Shown here piece after piece: positions 58,958-64,000 of a stretch of 64,000 nucleotides of DNA. The notes under the pieces are model-generated. The model ran no database searches and was not told the DNA's origin. It worked only from the letters and a program-made list of their open reading frames with translations. The position numbers and the translations under genes were made by a program. Source of the DNA: a virus; IMG/VR virus record IMGVR_UViG_3300020166_000010; one strand, written 5' to 3'. Numbering within the stretch: the stretch's first letter is position 1; each line of letters starts with the position of its first letter.

Positions 58958-59708
58958 CTGGGTATTTTTCTTTAAATAGTTTTAATCTTCTTTGGAATTC
59001 TTTAAAATAATATTTAATGTCATCTACTGTTAACTTAAATATTTGTGGAATTGAATCTTCTTCATTTGCAATCCAAATTTCAACACCATCTGGTTTTTGA
59101 CCACTTCTTTCCCAGTATGCAATAAAGTATGAAGAACCTTGTACAAAATAATCTTGCACCCATTCTTCACGTTTTGGTCTTCTTGAATTTTTATAATCAA
59201 TTACTAATACACTACCATCTGTCATCTCTGAAATATTATCGACAGTACCTGCATATCCTTGTTTAGACCATAAGAAATTCTCAGCAGCGATAACCTTTTT
59301 AACTCTATCAAAAAATTGACTTGAATTAAAATAGAATTTCATGAACATCTCCCATCCACTTGCTAACCATATTGCTCCATTTTCTTCAGTAGCATATTGA
59401 TTAACTTCCTCATCAGTTGAGGCTTGTCTTCTAAGCTCTTCTAATCTTTCTTTCTTAGTACCATCAGTTGCTTTATACAACTCCACCAGGCGGTGCATGA
59501 TAGTACCTCGATTCATTGAAAGTTCGCTTATTCTTTTTGCTTCAGCTTCTCCAACTCTCTTTCTCCACTTTTCTAAACCTGCAGTTTTATCGCTAGTTTC
59601 TCCAAGTACCGTTGTGATTGATGGATATGTTCCTATAATAGTTCCATCTTCCGACGTCACCTGATAGTGTCTAAGGCCGTGCTTCTCAACACGTACAATA
59701 GATTCCAT
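58947..59708 (-). CDS. PD-(D/E)xK exonuclease (phage Cas4-like/RecB-like)
   Basis: YPSITTVL, RGTIMH, YAGTVD, IDYKNS, Q..SY. Confidence 0.85.
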   Translation of the reverse strand: MESIVRVEKHGLRHYQVTSEDGTIIGTYPSITTVLGETSDKTAGLEKWRKRVGEAEAKRISELSMNRGTIMHRLVELYKATDGTKKERLEELRRQASTDEEVNQYATEENGAIWLASGWEMFMKFYFNSSQFFDRVKKVIAAENFLWSKQGYAGTVDNISEMTDGSVLVIDYKNSRRPKREEWVQDYFVQGSSYFIAYWERSGQKPDGVEIWIANEEDSIPQIFKLTVDDIKYYFKEFQRRLKLFKEKYPDDK

Positions 59709-60130
59709 TAAATAAATAAGTTAACAAGTTGGACGATACCATAGACGGCCGCGCCAACCAAACCTAAGAATAAAAGGTTTCTGATGAAAGAATACATGTT
59801 AAAGTCGTCATTTTCCGGATATAAAACTACTAAGTACGATTCTGCACTTAATTTACTTATTTCGGGAAAAGCATCATTTGATAAACCATACTTAATTAAG
59901 ATCTTATTAATAGGTCCTAATTGCTGGAATACGTAAGACTGTTGTACAACCTCAGGTTGATTGAGAAATTCTTCTTTTAAATTTATAACTGTATAAATTC
60001 TACCGATCCAATCTACTCGAAGGTTTTCTTTTTCTAATTCTGCTTTAATTGACTTTACAGCTCTATAATATTTTATTGTGAACAACGCTTCAATAAAGAA
60101 GTTTGGCCAGTACATTAGTATTTTCTTCAT
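59708..60130 (-). CDS. Hypothetical protein with C-terminal TM
   Basis: RVDWIGRIYTVINL; C-terminal hydrophobic helix. Confidence 0.7.
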   Translation of the reverse strand: MKKILMYWPNFFIEALFTIKYYRAVKSIKAELEKENLRVDWIGRIYTVINLKEEFLNQPEVVQQSYVFQQLGPINKILIKYGLSNDAFPEISKLSAESYLVVLYPENDDFNMYSFIRNLLFLGLVGAAVYGIVQLVNLFI

Positions 60131-60162
60131 ATTAATTATATACTGATTTTACGTTTTGTTTA

Positions 60163-61068
60163 TTATGCAAATAACTTGCTTAGGAAAGATTTAACTTTAC
60201 TTGATTTAATCTCACTTGAGTTTATAATCGCTCGACCTTCCTGTGATTCCCAATCTCGATCTTCTCTAACAGAATCGTTTGTTTTTAATGTACCTCTCAA
60301 TACGTGAACTGGCACTCCAGATTCTGCTGCAATATAACATATTGCATTTAGATCTTTTGGAAAACAATGTCCTCCGAATCCTCTATCACCGTCAGGCCCT
60401 GGAACCATCCAATGCGAGTTTCCTAATCTTGGATCTAATATTGCAAGATCTTTAGCAGCATTATAATTAATATCATTCTCCTCGCAAATATCATAGATTT
60501 CATTTGCAAAACTAACTTTAACTGAAAGGAATGTGTTGGTAATATATTTACACATTTCGGCCTCTTTAGAATTAACAACCGGGATTAATGCGTTTGGAAA
60601 TACTTTTCTAAATATAGCAACAACGTCTGTCGCTGGATAACTATCACAAGTTCCTATAATAATTCTATTTTGATTTTTAAAATCATTAACAGCGTTCGCT
60701 TCAGTTAAGAATTCAGGATTGAATATAACTTCACTATATGAAACAATACCATTAAGATATTCAGTAGTACCTGGCGGGACTGTTGATTTAATAATTAAAG
60801 TTGGATTAGAACCTACATCGGCAGCTAATTCATCAATTTCAAGTATTACTTCTTCTACAATTGAAATCGAAGCTTCACCTGTTCTAGCATCCATCGGAGT
60901 TGGAACACACACAAAAATAATATCTGCGTTTTTTACAACACCTTCTAGATCAGTGTTTGACTTACTATCATTATATTTGTCATATAAAAATAATTCATAA
61001 TGTTCTTTAAAACCTTGTTTGATTGCTCCTCCGACAAAACCTTGCCCAATAATACCTATTTTCTTCAT
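60163..61068 (-). CDS. UDP-glucose/GDP-mannose dehydrogenase family (short form)
   Basis: GQGFVG, CVPTP, KSTVPPG, NPEFL, GFGGHCFPKD. Confidence 0.9.
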   Translation of the reverse strand: MKKIGIIGQGFVGGAIKQGFKEHYELFLYDKYNDSKSNTDLEGVVKNADIIFVCVPTPMDARTGEASISIVEEVILEIDELAADVGSNPTLIIKSTVPPGTTEYLNGIVSYSEVIFNPEFLTEANAVNDFKNQNRIIIGTCDSYPATDVVAIFRKVFPNALIPVVNSKEAEMCKYITNTFLSVKVSFANEIYDICEENDINYNAAKDLAILDPRLGNSHWMVPGPDGDRGFGGHCFPKDLNAICYIAAESGVPVHVLRGTLKTNDSVREDRDWESQEGRAIINSSEIKSSKVKSFLSKLFA

Positions 61069-61136
61069 AATATTGTTTTAATTTATATATGTTATATTAA
61101 AAAAAATAAAATAGTTTCATGAAAAACTATGTGTAA

Positions 61137-61778
61137 TTACCAGTCTTTGGTATGTTCTTGTCCGTCTACCCATGAAAACATTCGAGTGTCTTCGACATCA
61201 TGTAATACCACAGTCTTACTGTTAATTTCCCAGTTATAAAAGTATTCATATCCGAAACACGCAATATCTGGTTCAATTATTGAAATGATTTTGTCTGAAA
61301 ATGTTTTACATCCGTGTGCCCATGTCAGGCTTTTATAAACAGATAATATTTCCATAACGGTTCTAGATCCGGGTGCAGATCCATACACAGTACAATCAAA
61401 TAAAGTATTATTAGATTGAGTTGGTTTTAACCCAGTTAAAAAAGTATGTGTTGGTAGCAATTTGTCTCTAACTACATTAAAAGATCTAATAGGTTTTGCA
61501 TCAACATCACAGTAAATTCCACCGTAATCTCTTAACAATAGCATTCTAATTCTGTCAGCGATAAATGCCCACTTGTATATTTCTGGATTCTTTACGTAGT
61601 TTTGTAAAAAAGGATCGTCTTTATATACTTCTGTAAATACCTCGTTTCCCCAAAGATGATGTTCCCAGTCTGGGTGCATGTCTTTCATTTCACGAACAAA
61701 TTGTTTACAATGTTCTGGCATTTCTCCTCCACCTAACCAGATCTGGTGGATTATCTTTGGTATTTTAATTTCGTCCAT
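61137..61778 (-). CDS. GT32-type glycosyltransferase (DxD sugar-binding)
   Basis: IPKIIHQIW, ADRIR..LL..YGGIYCDVD. Confidence 0.85.
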   Translation of the reverse strand: MDEIKIPKIIHQIWLGGGEMPEHCKQFVREMKDMHPDWEHHLWGNEVFTEVYKDDPFLQNYVKNPEIYKWAFIADRIRMLLLRDYGGIYCDVDAKPIRSFNVVRDKLLPTHTFLTGLKPTQSNNTLFDCTVYGSAPGSRTVMEILSVYKSLTWAHGCKTFSDKIISIIEPDIACFGYEYFYNWEINSKTVVLHDVEDTRMFSWVDGQEHTKDW

Positions 61779-62643
61779 TCTTGTTTACTTTTCCTGTTGA
61801 TTTTCGTATTGTTGTATTTGTTCTAACTGGTCTCGTGTTTGTTCTAACCGGCCTAACGTTATTTGGAATATTATTAATTGGTCTTGTGTTAGTTCTCATA
61901 GGTGGTTTTACATCAGATCTTCTGATAGGTGTTCTAATAGTTCTAACATTATTTGGAATTATTGTCCTTGTGTTTTTAACATCCTTCGGCAATACTCTAG
62001 TCCTATTAGGTCTAGTTCTAATAACTCCAGTTGGTGTATTAGTTCTTGTTGATCTTGATCTAGGTGAAAAGCTATTTCTTCTACTATTTATATTAGATCT
62101 TCTCCAGTGATATGGTACGTAATTGTTATTATTCCATCCATAATATCCGTAGTTGCCATAATATCCATAATGAGCATTACCCGTCCAAGGTGACCAGTTG
62201 CTACCCCAATAGTCATATCGATATCTGGGATTCCACATCCAGTTATTGTTCCAGTGATTCATTCCTCCCCAATTTGAATTCCATCGAGAGCCAGATAAAA
62301 AACCATGCGATGGTCTACAGAAATAAGGTGAATAGCTAAAATCAGTCCAGTCGTTTAAATCATGAAAACCGTGATGTCTACAGTGAATCCAATTTCCACC
62401 AAACGATAATCCTAAGTCCCATGGATCTAGAGTTGCAAACGTCTGATGCGTTGTTTTAATGATAGTCGCTTGAACTTCAACAGGTTGTTGATACTTTGAT
62501 TGAACCTGCATAGTTCCTATTCTAAAGTCTAGAGACTTACAACCCAGCATCAATAATGCTAGGATTCCTATAGCAATTGTCTTTAATGCTATGCTTACTT
62601 TTTCTTCTGTGCTAAACCTATTTAAAAATGTTTTCATATACAT
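61765..62643 (-). CDS. Putative lipoprotein with W/Y/N-rich and R/T/N-rich low-complexity tail
   Basis: LLMLGC lipobox-like. Confidence 0.65.
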   Translation of the reverse strand: MYMKTFLNRFSTEEKVSIALKTIAIGILALLMLGCKSLDFRIGTMQVQSKYQQPVEVQATIIKTTHQTFATLDPWDLGLSFGGNWIHCRHHGFHDLNDWTDFSYSPYFCRPSHGFLSGSRWNSNWGGMNHWNNNWMWNPRYRYDYWGSNWSPWTGNAHYGYYGNYGYYGWNNNNYVPYHWRRSNINSRRNSFSPRSRSTRTNTPTGVIRTRPNRTRVLPKDVKNTRTIIPNNVRTIRTPIRRSDVKPPMRTNTRPINNIPNNVRPVRTNTRPVRTNTTIRKSTGKVNKNGRN

Positions 62644-62683
62644 TATATATCATTATCAATATTTGTTTACATTTTTAAACAAC

Positions 62684-62709
62684 AAAAGACCAGGAATTCC
62701 TGGTCTTTT
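62684..62709. terminator. Perfect 26-bp palindrome, probable terminator
   Basis: AAAAGACCAGGAATTCCTGGTCTTTT. Confidence 0.7.
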
Positions 62710-62733
62710 ATATAGATTAAGCTAAGTTTAAAC

Positions 62734-62913
62734 CTAAGCTTTATTCGCTTCAGATACCGCAACTCTTACGTCTTGCGCTAATCCTTTAACTGTTTGCATT
62801 GCTTTACGAACTCTTGTTCCCGCAGCTTTGTTTCCTTTTTCATCGAATTTTGCAACGTCAGTTCCAATTTCAGCGATTACTTCTTCTAATGTGTTGATTA
62901 ATTCTTGTATCAT
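62734..62913 (-). CDS. Histone H1-like (Hc1 family) nucleoid protein, 59 aa, missed by the ORF track
   Basis: MIQELINTLEEVIAEIGTDVAKFDEKGNKAAGTRVRKAMQTVK...; own promoter (62941-62967) and terminator. Confidence 0.8.
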   Translation of the reverse strand: MIQELINTLEEVIAEIGTDVAKFDEKGNKAAGTRVRKAMQTVKGLAQDVRVAVSEANKA

Positions 62914-62976
62914 AATTTAAATTTTATTAATAATTCTAGATTTATATAAGATAAAGTTAAATAGTTTCAATATATT

Positions 62977-63270
62977 TTAATTAATTATAAATGTTTTTCC
63001 TTTTAAGATATATCCTATAACTTGTTTTTCACTTCTCTTTCTTACTGAAGTAACATATTGCACCGGTTTTTTAATGTTCGTGTATTCCACTGCGTATCCG
63101 TCGTATATGATAGTAACTGTTTCTCCTCCCGGTTCAAGTGAGATAGGGTTAGTCCTCATATCAGGTGTTGGCGTGTACATGTGGTGAAGGGACATTTCAC
63201 GCGGGTCAAATGAGATAGGACTATTACTCATATCAGGTGTTGGCTTGTGTTTTTTTGAAAATGGATTCAT
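62977..63270 (-). CDS. Hypothetical protein with an internal PTPDM..PIS repeat
   Basis: 97 aa. Confidence 0.6.
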   Translation of the reverse strand: MNPFSKKHKPTPDMSNSPISFDPREMSLHHMYTPTPDMRTNPISLEPGGETVTIIYDGYAVEYTNIKKPVQYVTSVRKRSEKQVIGYILKGKTFIIN

Positions 63271-63272
63271 TT

Positions 63273-64000
63273 CTATACTAATTTATTTCCATGTTTCCAA
63301 TGTGCTCTATCGTATAGCTTATTATTAGGCGGAGTTTTACTGTAATAGTAAAATGCTAAACTTCTTCGGCTTTCTCCAGGAGGGCATTTTAAAGGTTCTG
63401 GGTGACCATGTGGAGCATCTTCTATATTAAATATAATAGCTCTACCATATTTAGGCTGTAATGTCTTGAAATCTTCTGTCAAATCTGATTTCCAAAGTTC
63501 AAGCGCTCCTTGCCAATTATCTTCCCATTCTTCGTTTAAGTATATTAATAGGTTAACTTTACGATACATTCTCACAGGAGCAATATCATCCTTATAATTA
63601 AAATCATGGTGAATATTTAAGAGTCCACCTGGATATGTGACATGAAATCCTCCACCTTCAAGTCCCCAGTCTGGTGATAGATCTTCAATCCCAGTTAACT
63701 GGCGCATAAATTCCATAAATTCATCACTATTAAAATACCTACATAATAAATTCATATAGTACGGCATTTTTTCAAGATCTCTAATACCTCTCTTGAATAC
63801 CTGATCATTGTGGTCGATCATATCGTTCCATTGCTTTGATCCCATTCTCCATTCACTGGTTTCTGCGTCTTCTTCATTTACTAGAAACTTGGCTTCTCCT
63901 GCAACATCATCTAATATGGTTTTATTTACAAAATCATTAAATACAATGTGTGGAAATTCTGCTGCAGTATTGTATGTTGGTGCGAGGGAAGTCGCCGCTA
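63273..64000 (-). CDS. 2OG-Fe(II) oxygenase (prolyl-4-hydroxylase-like), 5'-truncated by the window
   Basis: Frame open upstream of 63845 (EFPHIVFNDF); HHD...LLIYLN..W...GALELW...PHGH...RRSL. Confidence 0.85.
   Translation of the reverse strand, partial: AATSLAPTYNTAAEFPHIVFNDFVNKTILDDVAGEAKFLVNEEDAETSEWRMGSKQWNDMIDHNDQVFKRGIRDLEKMPYYMNLLCRYFNSDEFMEFMRQLTGIEDLSPDWGLEGGGFHVTYPGGLLNIHHDFNYKDDIAPVRMYRKVNLLIYLNEEWEDNWQGALELWKSDLTEDFKTLQPKYGRAIIFNIEDAPHGHPEPLKCPPGESRRSLAFYYYSKTPPNNKLYDRAHWKHGNKLV

Noticed and set aside
58947-59708. Cas4 of a CRISPR system
   Set aside because: No Fe-S cysteine cluster, array or other cas genes; typical stand-alone phage exonuclease
1-64000. Stop-codon reassignment (alternative genetic code)
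   Set aside because: Conserved genes (clpP, clpC, thyA, glnS) are full length in the standard code and coding density is high
1-64000. Eukaryotic giant virus or bacterial chromosome origin
   Set aside because: Operon-like overlaps, Rho-independent terminators and Bacteroidota-type genes argue against a eukaryotic virus; fibre genes, orphan-rich early island and phage-like promoter classes argue against a chromosome

Overview
AT-rich, gene-dense segment of what looks like a large (jumbo-type) tailed phage infecting Bacteroidota, probably Flavobacteriia. This is inferred from the Bacteroidota-type ClpP, an Hc1 histone-like protein, a T9SS C-terminal sorting domain and A-rich leaders without Shine-Dalgarno sequences, mixed with virion fibre genes. 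Layout: (1) 1-18.7 kb, minus strand: two giant Gly-X-Y collagen-like genes, paralogous fibre/decoration proteins, glycosyltransferases, a J-domain protein, ClpP/ClpC and an Asp-type (probably dCMP-specific) thymidylate-synthase homologue. (2) 18.4-20.5 kb: GC-richer, largely non-coding, palindrome-dense zone with candidate ncRNAs at the strand switch. (3) 21-32 kb: plus-strand early-type island driven by a repeated promoter cassette with a 19-bp palindromic operator; it holds a DUF932-like protein, tRNA(CAT, Ile2-like), a RadA-like ATPase, a T9SS cargo protein and GlnRS. (4) 32-64 kb, minus strand: a third, frameshifted giant collagen, a lysozyme-like protein, canonical ThyA, a 1968-aa coiled-coil fibre and host-like metabolic genes (M42 peptidase, LOG, UDP-glucose dehydrogenase, GT32, 2OG-Fe(II) oxygenase). 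Three promoter classes can be read from the sequence. Best candidates for new biology: a glycosylated Gln-rich collagen fibre system, a promoter-driven ~500-nt structured ncRNA plus small RNAs, phage use of the host T9SS, and cytosine modification. All family calls come from motif recognition only; no searches were run.
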